A stretch of DNA of 64,000 nt from Trichoplax adhaerens. Its lineage: Eukaryota > Animalia > Placozoa. The DNA lies in NCBI RefSeq assembly GCF_000150275.1, contig NW_002060944.1, forward strand, positions 1,908,911 to 1,972,910, given 5' to 3'. The notes beneath the pieces are model-generated. The model was given only the letters and a program-made list of their open reading frames with translations, ran no database searches and had not been told where the DNA came from. Position 1 is the stretch's first letter. Every line of letters starts with the position of its first letter. Below are positions 13,814 to 28,300 of this stretch, piece after piece. Position numbers and translations under genes: made by a program.

Positions 13814-15116
13814 CTACAATCTACCACACGTTTGCGAAACACTTTTGTCGATTGTTTGTATTAGTTTTGTTTCAACTTTAGTATTCCACAAGGTCACGTA
13901 AGAGTTATGGTCGAGTATAAAGCTTCCGTCTCCTTTCATTACTTCACCTCTCATTAATATTAAGTACTCGCGACCAATCCTCAGTTTTGGACATCTACAT
14001 TTCACATGATTTAAGGTAACCCAGAATGATTGTATTGTTCGACCAATCTTAATGATTGCCCGTGATTGTTTATATATTTCGCTAATTGACACTTCGAACT
14101 TTGCCCAGTCCTTAAAATTTTTCCTCGATAAGACTTTGCCTTTTACAGCTAATATATTCGGTTTGATGGTATGATAAAAAAAGAATTTTAACTTCAACTG
14201 TCACTGTATCAATGCGCATCTTTAGTATTCCTGGCTGAACTATCGCTCGTAGATAAATATTTAGAGTGATGACAAACTTACCGTAATCTCGTTTACAATA
14301 TCTTTTTACAGTCAAACTCTTTCTGTCATTATGACATTCTGGGCATTCTAGCACGTGATAAACCTTTAAATCAATCTTACTCATATTATCAGCTAACTTT
14401 TAACAAAATGTATGTGCGGTATTGCGCTTCCATAAGTAGTCTTACCTTTTACATCAGCAAATTGATTTAAACCGGCAATAATTTCTTTAAATAAAAAATA
14501 AGTAATATTTCACATTACTTTTCAAATTATTAGCAGGCAATAGAATATAGTAAATTTTTTTTAAAAGTTACTTATGCAAGGCGCTACAGGTGACGAGCTT
14601 CTTTGATAATCAAAAAGACATTTATTACATGTCAACCCAGTTACACCTTCCTTGCAAGTGCACTGGCCTGTAGTTTGATTACAAACCCTTCCTCTAGATC
14701 CATATTGGTCACACGCGCACGCTATGTGACAATTAAAAATTTAGTTTATGAATTCTATAGAACATTACATTAAATCATTTTTTATTGGAGTAATTTATAG
14801 AATCATTAAGATACTTCTTTTGATTGAACTTACGCTTGCACGCTTTACGAGAATGAATCGGCTGTGTTTGATCTCGGTAATAGCCTTCCTTACAGTAATT
14901 ACAATATCTACCGTCAGTGTTATGATTACAGTCTCGGCAGACGCCGCCACTTTTTCCGCCAGACAATTTATACACGTCTTTATCAAAATTACATTTATTG
15001 GAATGTTTATTGCAATTGCAAGGTATGAAAGAAATTCCAAGCTTAATCGATTTGGAATCTATTGTTAGAGAATAGCATAATATCTCAGTTAAAACGATCA
15101 GTTCCAATAATCTCAT
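13814..15116 (-). CDS. Netrin-like secreted protein of about 290 aa: leader, two laminin-EGF repeats, NTR/C345C domain; no LN/VI domain seen (exons 15116-14834, 14721-14572, 14484-14446, 14347-14282, 14148-13814)
   Basis: [50 protein letters not shown] = netrin LE2; [34 protein letters not shown]...SSSPVAPCI = LE3; YCKRDYA...[15 protein letters not shown] = NTR domain. Confidence 0.9.
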
Positions 15117-18100
15117 GTTAAAACGCGACAGGCAATTTGATGCGATCATGTAGAAAATGAAATGAACACGATTTCACTCGCATCGGTCTATCTGAAGCTA
15201 TTAATTGGTACCATTGTTAAAATCATTATTGCAATTATTATAACCAAAGGCATAGTTACCCATCATTTATTTGCTAACAACGACTTTGTATAACCTGGTC
15301 CCACAACAATGTAAACAATGATCAATGCTATAATGAATACGGTAATTATTCCAATTTATGCATCTAATTTTTACCTTTATTCCAGAAGTAACACTAACAA
15401 AGTTTTCATAAGCTGTGATTGTTCGTAGCAAAAGTTTTAGAAATTAAGCGGATAGGAATAAAATTTTGTAGAAAAAACGATGCCTTTATGACGCAATACG
15501 TGCATATATATAGATATACCTATTCTGTATACATACTGTATAATATACTATGTATATAGCACGTAGATAGAATGTTACTCAGTGCATGTTGCTGTAAATC
15601 TGCTGATCCTACTTTTGAGCAGATTTCGAGTTACTTAAATAGCTATATTTTAAATGCACTACCACTTTCGCATTTCTATAATACATAGTATTTATTGGCG
15701 TTATGAGAAATACTGGATATTATAATCGTTCCGCATAAATTGATAAATGTCACGATAATTGAAGACATTTACATATAATACAAATTGAACAATGCCCTCA
15801 GCAACGACTAAAATAAACTTTTGCATATTTTCATGCTTGACGATCTGTAAAGCAAAAATTAAGGGTAATATTGAGCTGATCATGTTAGTTGGTAGTACTA
15901 GTACACGTTATTTTCTCACGTGAGTTTTACCTGGAAGCTCCTGTCTTGTACCAATAGCACAAATCGCACTTAGTTCACTTAATTATCACAGTGCGTTAAT
16001 TTTTTATCACCACGTTAAAATAAGCAAATTGTGAATATTAAGTAAGCGGCTATTAACAAGTTTATTGTAAATGTATTTCATATCTCAGAATACTTTACAC
16101 CTATGATGTTGCAATTCTAATTATATGGAACACACAGCGAGGCTACAAATTTTTTAATGGTTTATCTTTACTTCTCAATTATCACGCATGTAGGACTGAA
16201 TAATTTCCGTAACGAGAGCTTGAATCGACAGAAATTTTCTAAATAAGATTAAAAAGCATGAGGTCTCCATAGCTAGCAAACACCGTTCGATATGCTGTAA
16301 CGAGATAAATTACTGCACATAATACTGGGTTTCAAATTTTAACTTACTGAGGTAGTCCTCAAAAAAATTCTTCGTGAGAACGTACCTTAAGAGACCCATC
16401 GTTAAGCGTGGAATCAATTCAAGAATGGATCGAAAACTTTATACTATGTACCGTATACAGTATGATACCTTATTCTTTAGTACTGTAAATCACAAGACTT
16501 AGGTATACAGTACGCTGCTCGGTATGATATCATATCAGTTTGTAACATTTTGAACTTATAATAAATTATGAAATCATCAGCTTCTGAGGCCTAACGGCTT
16601 TAAGCTTAGCCTACAAATGAATTTGAATTGCAACGGTAGGAAAAGAGTATCAAGTTGATTCGAAAATGGTGTTAGTGACTCACAATCAGTAAGGCTACCC
16701 TAAATAGAATTTAATGAGATCTGGAAGATAACTTATTTACTCCTCTATCTCCGTCTCCAGGTAGCGATCAGTTTCCTTCTAAATTTGCGGTCGATTCTTC
16801 ACGAGTTCATGCACACGTAATTACGTCACGTGCACATTGTGACGGTAAATCTAGACGTGTGAAATAGACGTCTACTGTTTATTCTTTTCACCAATCGCCC
16901 GTGCCCTTTAGTACAGGCAGCACTGTAGAAATGCATTAAGTTAATAGATGTAAAGTAATTTACATCTTTAATTATTCTACTTAAATACACCAGTGAATTA
17001 GCTAGTCAATGCGATATTTCCTAATATAATATGTATCAAATACCGCGTGAGCAAGTTAGATTCATAGTGCTATTCCTTCAGCTACCCGCTGGTAAAGACT
17101 TCAGACGAATTTAGCACTTTTTGTAGCAGAGTTTTCGCCTAACGGTGCTATGATTTGAACTTTCTCAAACTGTAAAATCGCACATGTACATTGTACAGTA
17201 CAGTATATCACAACAAATAGTACATGCATACACGGATCCGTTTTGTATGTATGATAGTGCAATTTAATTTTCAAATAAAATACTCGTAAATTTATTATTA
17301 CTATCTATAAATCGGACTTCCGCCATCGTAATGATTCCCCAGCAACTGATAGACTACTGCCATCGAAACTTATAGTGGTTCATCACAATGTTATTAATTA
17401 GCAATACTTAGTAACGTATTGTATACAGTCTACTATCAGTGAAGAACTGTAGTAATACACAGTATTATGATTCGTGGAGTTAAGATATAGCTCAATAGGT
17501 TAGAGAGAAGATTTAAGAGTATTGTCGATACTTAAGAGACACTCGGTTAAGAAATACTGTACTGTATTTAGAACTGAGTAATCCAGACAGATCGTGCAGT
17601 ATTAATAATAATTAATTAGATTACACTCATTACAGTACAGTAGATTATACAGTATATCATACTGTATTGTACAGTACTGTATAATAACCGATGGGATCGA
17701 CTAGTAAGACTGTATTTCGACACAGTAGTAGCAGAAGCTTGAAGGGAAATTCTCTTAAATTTATACTGTATGGTGCAGTATATAACTGAAGCTGCATAGC
17801 TGTAAGTTGGAGTCGGATTTAGGGGACTAAATTTACTTCGGATTCGGAGTGGATAAGAAGGAAGTTGCAAAACACTGTTGTATAGTGTATAACTCCTCTA
17901 CTTTACGTCCACACGAAACAGCAAAGATATAAAAATACAAAATACGGTAAATATTACAAGAGTAAAAGAGGCCCGGTCAATGACCGGGTGTTGAGCGTTA
18001 TTAGTTGCGTAAAAATGTTTCGCAGAGTGCGAGACTGTAAGCGAGCTGTTGGCGTTTCCGCTAAGTAACGGGCAGCTTAGCGTTCACGATGTTGTTTTAA

Positions 18101-18283
18101 TCCCCTATCTCCTGGAGTTTCGGCTGAACGACAGACAGTGAGCTTTGCGTTCGCGAAGTAATCGTATTCTTTTCTGACCACGCGTTTCCGTATTCTCCGA
18201 CTTGATAGATGGATACAATAATTAATTAATTAATTGATGATATATTAGATTTAGGCTCTACTAGTGAAGACCGTAAATAATGA

Positions 18284-18820
18284 CGTACTGTATGCACGGT
18301 TACAGTACAGTACAGTACCCGTGAACTGGACACATACTGTACAGTACAGTATAGCGTAAGGATATGTACATTGTACAGTACACCCAGTCATTTCCTATGT
18401 GACATATCCAACAATGTAGCTGAAATAGCTCTACAGTATACCTTCATTATATATACTGTATATACAGTATAACACTTGTCCAGACAAATTGGCCAAGTTT
18501 TAAGGAAATAAAACTACAGTACTAACTGCACAGTAAGTAAAATTGAAATCGTGATTGCGTCACGTCGGAAAAGCACAAAATAAACGGTTGTGAATGTACA
18601 GTACAGTACAGTAAATCAAAGCGGTCTTTGTACTGTACATTGTATACAGTATACTGTACTGTACAATGTACTGTAGGCCGGGCCACGGTAATACAGTACA
18701 GTACTGTAAGGTTAAATACTGAACTGTACTGTACAGTACACCACTACAGCACAGTATAGTACAGCAATAATATACAGTACTGTATAATTAATTAAACAAA
18801 TTTACTGTGCTGTACAGTAC
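18284..18820. repeat. TACAG/CTGTA array between divergent netrin-like and RALGPS genes
   Basis: Multiple tacagtacagtacagta and actgtactgtacagta blocks. Confidence 0.8.
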
Positions 18821-19139
18821 AATATCTGCCATTTTCAAACATGAATGAATAATAATAATTACTACAGAACTAATGTTAGATCGATTTATCAAAATTGCCT
18901 TGGTATTTTCCTTGCTGCGGTATACTGTATCTCTCTTGATAGATGTTTAGCTCAATAAATTACAGTAATTGATATTCTACAATATCGTAAGAACACCTAT
19001 ACTTGCAGTTCTATGTCCGATAGTATTATTCTTGTTGTACTTTAGTTATACTTTAGTTAAGTGCTAGTGTTTCCGACAATCGAAATTTGTAATGTAACGA
19101 GTTTGCAATGTCTTTGTAAACTTCTTTACTCCTCTTAAA

Positions 19140-22100
19140 ATGGCACGAAAACTCCGATACAAGCAATCTTTACCATTTATTCTTCAAGATAGAAAGGTAG
19201 AAGACAATCCTTCGGAGCTTGACAACAGCGTACGTAATTACTTAAATCATTTAAGTAATTTCGACTCTACCGTATGTATGTAGCATCAAAATAATGACTC
19301 GTATATACTTAAGAGTATAAATGACTAAAAGTCAGTAAGGTTGCGTTCGGTCAAGAATGCAATAAACAGTATCTTTAGAATACTGACCTACCTTAGATAT
19401 AGTATCAATTTATGTACAGTATGCTAAACTTTAAGTAAATGTAAATATAAACTTCGTAGGACAGTACAGTATAGCAAAATTGCAAATTTTACGGTCTCTA
19501 AAGCCATATAAGGGTACCGCACGTTATCCATTCATTTAGATTATTCACAAATCTGCAAGTACAACACAAAAATACTAACGAAGGATACTACAATAGACAA
19601 GTGATTTCATATATTATCATGTCATGGTCTAACATACGCTGCTGTATCTTTTATATTCTCTCACTTCTTCTACAGCTATAGTACATCTTCACATAGTATT
19701 TTAAAAATTCTGTGTTTAGGAGTACACACGTAACATTATATTAAATATAACGATAAATGTCTATTAATTTCTAGCTCTTGAAAAGCAAATATGATGGAAT
19801 AGCATACGATTCAGTCGTTTTCGATATCCTCATGGAATCGCCCGAAAGACTTGCGGTATATTCGATCGTTGGCTAGATTAAATGTTTAAAAAAATAAAGC
19901 GTGCACGCTTGTACTTTATTGCGAAATGTGCATATTCTTGATTTACATTCTGTACAAATAAGTTGCACATTCGTGTTACAGTATCTGGTGCACACTCTTA
20001 TCTAATCCGATTTTCTCAGTAAATGAATGTTTGTTGGAATTTGTCATTGTACTTATGAAATACGTACGGTGTATATACGTATGACTTACAGGCACAAATA
20101 ACTTTACTCGATATTGGGACATTTAAACTAATTCTGCCAGAAGTAAGTAAATGCTCGGGTGCAATATTTTGCCGTTATACATCGTTTTATTTCTATATTA
20201 TACGTAACAGATTCAGCCCAGATATATAACTTCATGCCGATACTAATTAATAATTAATGAAAATGTGTGTGACCAGGAATTGCTAGGTTGTGCATGGACG
20301 AAAAGAGATAAGAAACTATATGCTCCTCACGTTACTGCCATGGCGCAACGATTTAATTCGGTAATTTCAACATTGAGAAAATTTTCTCAGATTTGATGGG
20401 ATGTTAAATCTTTTTACTCCTCACGGATCATTCTGGATTGCCATCTTTTAAACAAATACTTGGCGACTTCATCGCAAGATATCTCGAAGATTGCTCACCT
20501 GATGATTTATTTCATTCTAGACATGCTTTTGGGTTCAAAACGAAATTCTTAGCAAGAAGAAAGCCAGGATTCGAGCTGAAGTTATCTGCTGGTTTACCAA
20601 ACTTGCTAAGGTTTATATACATAAATACGATCCGTAGTGCTGTGTCCATATTCTGAAATAGTGTATACTGCAGTACAAGATGTTACTTTCCTAGAATTTA
20701 ATACTATTATTTACAGTAATGGCATTGTCAGTAATTTTAATATTTAATTAATTATATACGTTATCACAGAAACTCTTTGAATTAAATAATTTGCACGCAT
20801 TAAAAGCAGTAGTTTCCGGATTGCAAAGCGCTCCTATCTATCGACTGCATAGGACATGGACGGTACAATATATAGCACATATTGTGGATTGATTGTGATT
20901 GTTCGATAAAAGAAATCTGACTATAATACATATATGTACATATATATTAGTTTATAACAAGGAAAGATAGAAGTGCTCTAGACAAACTGCTGGAATTATT
21001 AGCTGAACATCGGAATAAGTAAAGTCATTTTATTACTCGTATTATGCTATAGTTTATACTGTACATAAAAATTTATGAGTACTGATTAAAGCTTTATATG
21101 TATTTATAGTGAAAAATTGCGAGAATACATGAAAAATCTTCGAAACCCGGCGATTCCGTATCTTGGTGATACACATATTCTTATATACTGTATTGAGTAT
21201 CTTACTGCTCAGTTTATAAATTGTACTGTATTAATAATACAGTATATATTTATGCATGAATATGAGTACTATTAGATTTGATACTGATACAATATAATCA
21301 ATTTGCTCTTCAGTATACTGCAGATCAAGCTGTTACTAGCGCTTCATAGTATATAGCCAAACCATAACGTGCACTTGATGAACTGAAATTTAATCTTATC
21401 AATTTGAACCATAGGGTTGTATTTAACTGATCTGATGTTTATTTACGCTGCATACAACAAACCTGCTAACGAGCTGGGAGAATCGGACAAGATATCCACG
21501 AAGGTTGGTTTTCATATAGTCGGATTGGTTGAGTCTTCGTGTAGTAGTAGCTCTGAAATTGCAAGATTGCTATGTATATTCTTTCACAAACGGTTTTAAT
21601 CGATGTTATACCTAGATAAATAATATCATTAGGATCATCGCTTCATACCAAGATTCTAATTATGGTTCGTATATACATGTAAACTACAAAATAAGTACTT
21701 CTGCGTAACGCCTGTTAAGATTTGTATATGCAGATCTTATTTAAATTGACTATTTTAAGTATACGATTTTCGCGGTTTTTATTTAGATACCATAGAAACC
21801 GTACCATACATACAAGAATACTTGAAGTCGTTTAAATACATAGAAGAACTTCAGAACTTCTTGGAAGCGGAATACTACAGGTACTGTACTGTACACATTC
21901 TAGTATATCATACGATCGATGCGGTATATTGCAGCGATGTGATCTCTATAAATACACGATAGATTGCTCTTTACTCTTGTTTCTCATCATTGCATGTCAC
22001 GGATAGCATAAGTTTATTGTACTGTATCTGCACTCCCTCCCTCCCCCCCTGTTAACACAACATTAAAAACGTTCAATGATAGTATACGCAGGTACATATA

Positions 22101-24443
22101 TAATGATCGTATTTTAAGATCTGATTAGTAAATTTGTATGTATGTAGAATATTAATAATCATTAGAATCGTTTACTAGGTAATAACAAAAATTATCGTAT
22201 GCGTTCTATGATGTATACTTTACTTTATTAAAACTGCTAATGCATATCTTTTACGAAATTTATATTGTGAACATCAAGTCTGCACAGTATATAGGTTACA
22301 TTTCCGTATGATATATCAGTTTTATTTATTACCAGGAAATCTTTAGATCTTGAACCCGAACAGATCGAATCAGTCTCTGGCATCAATTGTGAAGGTTCGT
22401 CTCTGGTTAATTATATCAGCTGGTTTACGGTCGTGAAAAAGCGCGATCTTTCTTATAGTTTCCTTAAAATTTAATTTAACTCAACAGCATCCCACCCTGG
22501 TCTCCAAGAAAATAAATTAGACTCAGAAGAGATGCGTGAAAAGGATACGACAATGTTAGAATGTCTTTTTCTGTGAACACTGGCATGTACTGTATCTAAG
22601 AATAGTATGGAAACAGATGCATAGAAACTATTCAGAATGAACAGCTGCATACAGTAAACAGTGCACTATACTAATTTATGCAATCCTATTAACAAATTGA
22701 ATAGAACTGCAAATCTCAAACATCCGCTTGACGATAGTATCCTTGCGGATCATAAACCCATAATCGGTATGAGTTTATATCCTAAAGACTTTATCAACTA
22801 TAATGATATACTGTAGAGCTAGCTATACTGGCACAAAATACTATAGTTTTAATTAAAACTTTCTCGTTTCGGAAATACAGATAGCGACAAGAGTATTAAC
22901 TCTATACTGGCTGATAAATTGTCCTATACTAGGTAAATTTGTTATTAATCGCATTCTCTACTAGATGGTAGTGGTTTTTATTTTAATTGTTGATAGCATA
23001 TAAATTTACTTATTTAAAGTCTCCATTCGGCTTGTGATGCGCAAATTGTTTCTCCTTGGATGAATTTTTCAATGCAAGGCTGTTTACGGAAAATGACGTA
23101 TCTTAAGCGTGGACAAAAGCTGCGAGTACGTTCTGTTAATAATTAGATTACCTTGAATTTATTTCTGTTCGTGTGTTGATACCGTAAGTAATAAATATAA
23201 TGAATAGGTTACCCGCTGGAAAACTTATTGGGTTGCTCTTCTGTGGACAAAACTTTATTTTTATGAACGCAAATTTAATCGTTCAGGCAATGAGCGATCA
23301 GCTGTAAGTTAAATTTTGTGTAAAGAATTTTTACAATCTTCCATGTTTTAAAGAATTTTTATCTTTTGATATTTATACGAAGTTTAAAAGTGAGTTTTGC
23401 AAGTGTTATGACATATCTGGGTGGCTAATGGTACTAGGCGATTATCATAGTCCACACATGATATATTTATGTAATATTGAAGAAGGTACTTACGAAATTA
23501 CGAAATACTGTTAACGAGTGAAATAGTATTCTTCTCTTCAGAGCTACATAGGCCTACAGATTTACAGTCTATTGAATGCTTCTACCATTAATAGGTAATA
23601 AATATAAGTTAGATGCGAAAACGGCTGAAAATTCTTCTATATGGCTTAGATTTTTGCTTGACGCTTCTACTAAGCAAAATTTTAAGAACGTGCAGGTACA
23701 GCTAAACGATTAAAAAAAATACGTTAGGAATTTTGAATTTGGAGATTTAAGAAGATATTTTGTTACAAAATAAAACACGGATAACTGCTTCAATTTTACT
23801 GAAAATCTTTCCTATAAATAGCTAGTGTGTCAAATTTATTACTAGGGACTATACAGATAATTCCAAATAATAATCATAAGAGTTATCCTACTTATTTTAG
23901 TGCTATCGATAAAAGGGTTGTATTTATAGTCACGTTACCGTAGACTTCGATAGTTAATGGTCTATATTGCCTTCCTAGTTTACCTTTTTATTTTGACAGT
24001 AATTCAGTATCGAACGAATTACTGTTAGACTAATAAGAAAGTTTTCGTTACGTAATGTGTACCTGTAAATAATTATAAATGATTGTATTTTCGCGCGCTA
24101 TAGCTCATCATAAAATTTCATTTTTTCATATGCAGTATGGTAATGTAAACGGTTATTATTTTACTGAAATCTGTTTTATTTGATGTCCAGTTTTCTGGTA
24201 ATAGCCAAACTCCTTTTCGAAATTTGAGATTGAGTTATTTAGTTTATACGCAATCAAGTCACTTACGTTAACTCTTACCTTAACTCTAGTTAAGGTAAAT
24301 GATTTGATTAGAGTAGATTTTCAGGTTGCCAGAGTAAATATTTACAATTTTCAAATCACTTTGATTTAAAGATTCACGGCAATAAAAGTGCTAAGCTAAC
24401 CTTCTCTTTCCAGGGACCTAGCAATTTGATGTCGTTCGAATGA
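19140..24443 (+). CDS. RALGPS: Ral GEF with CDC25/RasGEF and PH domains
   Basis: [17 protein letters not shown]|AQITLLD...|[12 protein letters not shown]|[10 protein letters not shown]...|[26 protein letters not shown]; PH exons [11 protein letters not shown].., GNKYKL; ends GPSNLMSFE* like RALGPS1 PANLMSFE. Start exon less certain. Confidence 0.92.
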
Positions 24444-24543
24444 TCCCTTGTGCCAGCTGCCATCGGAGTGGAAAAATAGTGTCTTCTATAAATTCGATCG
24501 AGTCTTACACTGAGACATTTCAAAGTAATGTTACAATTCAATA

Positions 24544-24658
24544 TAAAATTTTTAAATGATTCACGGATGAAAAGTTTACCTAATCGTTCCTTTAGTGTAT
24601 GTAAAATTTTTGAGCGATTCACGGATGAAAAGTTTGTCTAATCGTTCATTTAGCGTAC
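24544..24658 (+). repeat. 58-bp tandem duplication downstream of the RALGPS stop
   Basis: taaaattttt..gattcacggatgaaaagttt..ctaatcgttc.tttag.gta at 24544 and 24602. Confidence 0.85.
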
Positions 24659-27600
24659 AATACATATTCATTTTCTTACGGTTACGTAAGTACCTGCCGC
24701 AATATTACCATAAGTGCTTGATCAACGAGGTCGTGTAATAAAACTTGCGTAATCACTTGCGTAATATGTATATAACTTGCGTAATATGTATATATATATA
24801 TATAGCATATACCAATAATCGAAATTTTTCTTTGAACTACCGATATGTATACTGTAGAAGACTTGAAATCGCTGGGATTAATATTTATTTGTATTTATTT
24901 TATGGACTAGTGTCCGTTTATATTTCCAGAGTAATTGTACTTCGTTGTCTTTGCAATATTCAAAACGTTGCGATGGAAACGAAGTTATTATTAATAATAA
25001 AATTGATCTTTAAAAGTTTAGAGATTCGTACATTTTTAGAAATGAACTAAAAACTTAGATTTTAGCTCTTGATAATAATAATTTATATAAAAATTTTCAT
25101 GAAATACTTGCTGTGTGACTTTAATATTTCAAATCTGCTCAAGTTCAGCAATTAAATCATAAATCGGTGTATTTATTTTTATCTATAATGAACATGCTTT
25201 ACTTCTGTTGGGTAGTTCAAACAACTCGACAGCGGATACAGTCTTTTTTAATTTTATATTGCTGTAAAACTACCTAAAAAAATAATAAAATTGAGTTCTT
25301 TAACTAACTCTATAACACCAACTACTATTAATTACTACATCTAATCTGACGAACACTTCTATCAGTCGTGATTCTTCATCATAAAACGAAGATTAGAGTC
25401 TCTAATTTCGATTTAACACGTAAAATAAACGTTGAGAAGTTTACAGTATATTGTTAAAATTTAAAGAAAAATTTACATACTGTCATATATAAACATTACG
25501 AGCTAATTTCTCAAGGTTGTGATGCTCTGTCTAAGAAGAATTTAAGGTAAATTTAAAGGTATACTTCTAAATATTTCTCGTATATATTTAAGATGCCCCC
25601 CGATGAACAGTATTATACCACACGCTCTTTAATTTCGGTCTATATAGTAAGATCAAAATTTAAAAATGATTATCATTAATAAGAAACTAGGCCCAAACTA
25701 AACAAAATTGTAATAAAACTGTTGAAGAAATTAAAATAAAGAATTTTAAAATAATTTATACCAAGACAGTTTAATTATTGAAGTGCGTTGCGTGCTTACA
25801 TATATTTTTCGTAACCTTTGCAGCTACAATAACCATGATAGCATTCTAACCTTATTTTATAATTAATTAGACTGTTCTTAATAGAAATTTTTATAGCAAA
25901 CGATTAGTGCTCTAAGTCGATAGTTATTATTGATCACTCTATTGCATCTGCTTATCCGTATATTAAAATAGAATCAGCAAATAATCTAGCTAAAGTATAA
26001 ACTAGCAAATATGAATTACGTATTTAAAATCTTACTTTTACTCTACTAATCTGGTTATCTCCATCTAATAGAAAATCTTGAGCGCAAGTTATATAACGTT
26101 ACTATTTCTATGTGCTACTGAATTAAGTATTCCTTATAGAACTCTAAAATAAAAGCTACATAAATCTTACCACGATGTCAAGTTATGTTATTTTTTATCA
26201 CTTTTCTCATTAAGCATGAATATACTTAATTTTACTGTTACTAGATTAATTACATTTACAATTTCTATATTTGCTCTTGCGATTTCTTGTAAAAATAGCT
26301 GTTAAATTATGGTTTTATCTTTATTTAACAATAATTAATGAAATATAAACTTTATGATGGACATGTACATATATTTGATAACAGTGGAAAGCTAAGAATT
26401 CTTACAACTATTGCCAAGTTTCAAGTATATTTTATTACCTTCCTTGATACCATTAATAAAAATTGAAATACTCTCCAATTGAGCATTCTATTGCTTGATT
26501 TTAATTGCAATAATGCACTGCAAATCTCGCAAGAAAACTAAATTAAATTTACAGAGATGAAAGCTTGAATTGGTTTCGGGCTTTAAAATCAGTTAAGCTA
26601 TAAATAGGACTTGCTTCATCGTTTCGAAAGCTTTTACAGGCTTTTAAAATTTACTGCATTAAAACTGATAAATTACAGAAAAATTTAAAAAAATATTGAA
26701 TTAGTTATTGAGAGTATTACATTTATCCTTTTTTCTTGAATGATTGAAGGTCTATTGTTAAACTAGATTTGATTTATAATTCTACCTGATCTAAAGTGCA
26801 TGTAGCTTACGTATTAGCAATTGCTAATTGAAACATTGAAACATTGAAAGTTAAATTAATCCTAATCAGGTATTGTTTTAACAAATAGTTATTATATTAT
26901 TACAGGATTACCAAAATTATCTTTTTCGATTTTATATCCGAAATTCTTATTTTACTATTCTACTCATTATTACGCTAGTTTAAATTTAGTAAATGGTGTT
27001 TCGACGAATCAGAAACTTCTTGGTCCTGAATAAGTTCAGAATCGGTCAAATTATCTTTTGTGTCAGACAATTAAGGCCGGATTACAGTGTGCCCTGATAC
27101 TTTATATTTTCGTAATGGATGCCAAGGCCTTACATATTTTGAGTTAGCAGTAAATATTTTTTACATAAGGATGATTGCCAAAGGTCATTCAAGACACATA
27201 ATAATATACGCAAATTTATTAATCTGTTATTTAAAATACTTTTTAATGTTTAAAATTATACATGAGAATTTATTTTGTCTCCTCATTAACGGTATCAAAA
27301 CGTACAATATCTATTTGTTTACGAAAAATGCCGTGTAAGCAAATAATGAATTTGATTACTTTCTTATTACGATTACAATTATTGACCCATTTCTATTCAA
27401 ATTCAGTAGGTACAGTGTTCACCTGATCTCTTACTCCCTCACTTTACTAGTCAGCAGCGGTGTCATATCTTAAACTTCTATATTAGTATGGCCGGTGCCA
27501 CAACAAATCATGGTTAATGCAGTGGTTTTAATAAACGTGTTATAATTTTTATTTCCATCTTATATATATATATGAGTTAGTATGCAAATAATGTGTACCA

Positions 27601-28300
27601 TTCATTATTTATTAAACTATTGGCAGCTGTAACTTGTCGACACAACAAATATGTTAAGAATGTATATATGTCCCTAGACTGTAATAATTTAGGACAATTT
27701 ATCGCCATACAATGTGATAGTGGTATAGGATGGAAACTTTATATTTCAATATAGATTTGATATCACGAGGGTGAATTTGCAGCGTTCACGTAAAATTACA
27801 CGTAAAATTAATCTAATAGAGTGAATAAAGTATCTATTTTGCGATCCCAAGCTAGGATGTAATATATAATACAGCGTAAAATTAACTTATTGCGGTAAAT
27901 TATCCAGTTTGGTGTTGCAAACATTTTTATTGGTATAATTTTATTGTTCATAGTTACTTGAAATGATCGATAAAGTAAAATTTGTAGTCACAATTAAGCA
28001 CATGAAACGAAGTATAGTTTTTTTTCATTAATTCTTTGAGCTTTCGTAAGCTCTGTAATTCTCTGAATTGTTTTGAAAATTCTTATCTTAACAAAACTAA
28101 TATACAAAAATTTAACATTTCGCAGTTCAATAATGCATACAATTAAAACTGACTAGAATGATCTACAGTTTCACATAGTACACAATAGCCTTTAACATCC
28201 TTATGACAGTTCACATTTATTTACTATCGCATAAACCTAATATAATTAATTGGCATGTACAGGAAATTTAAGCGGGCAGCTTTCAATTAGAAACTCCGTA

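Noticed and set aside
22033-22050. C-rich tract giving a possible minus-strand G-quadruplex in a RALGPS intron
   Set aside because: Single low-complexity run without other support
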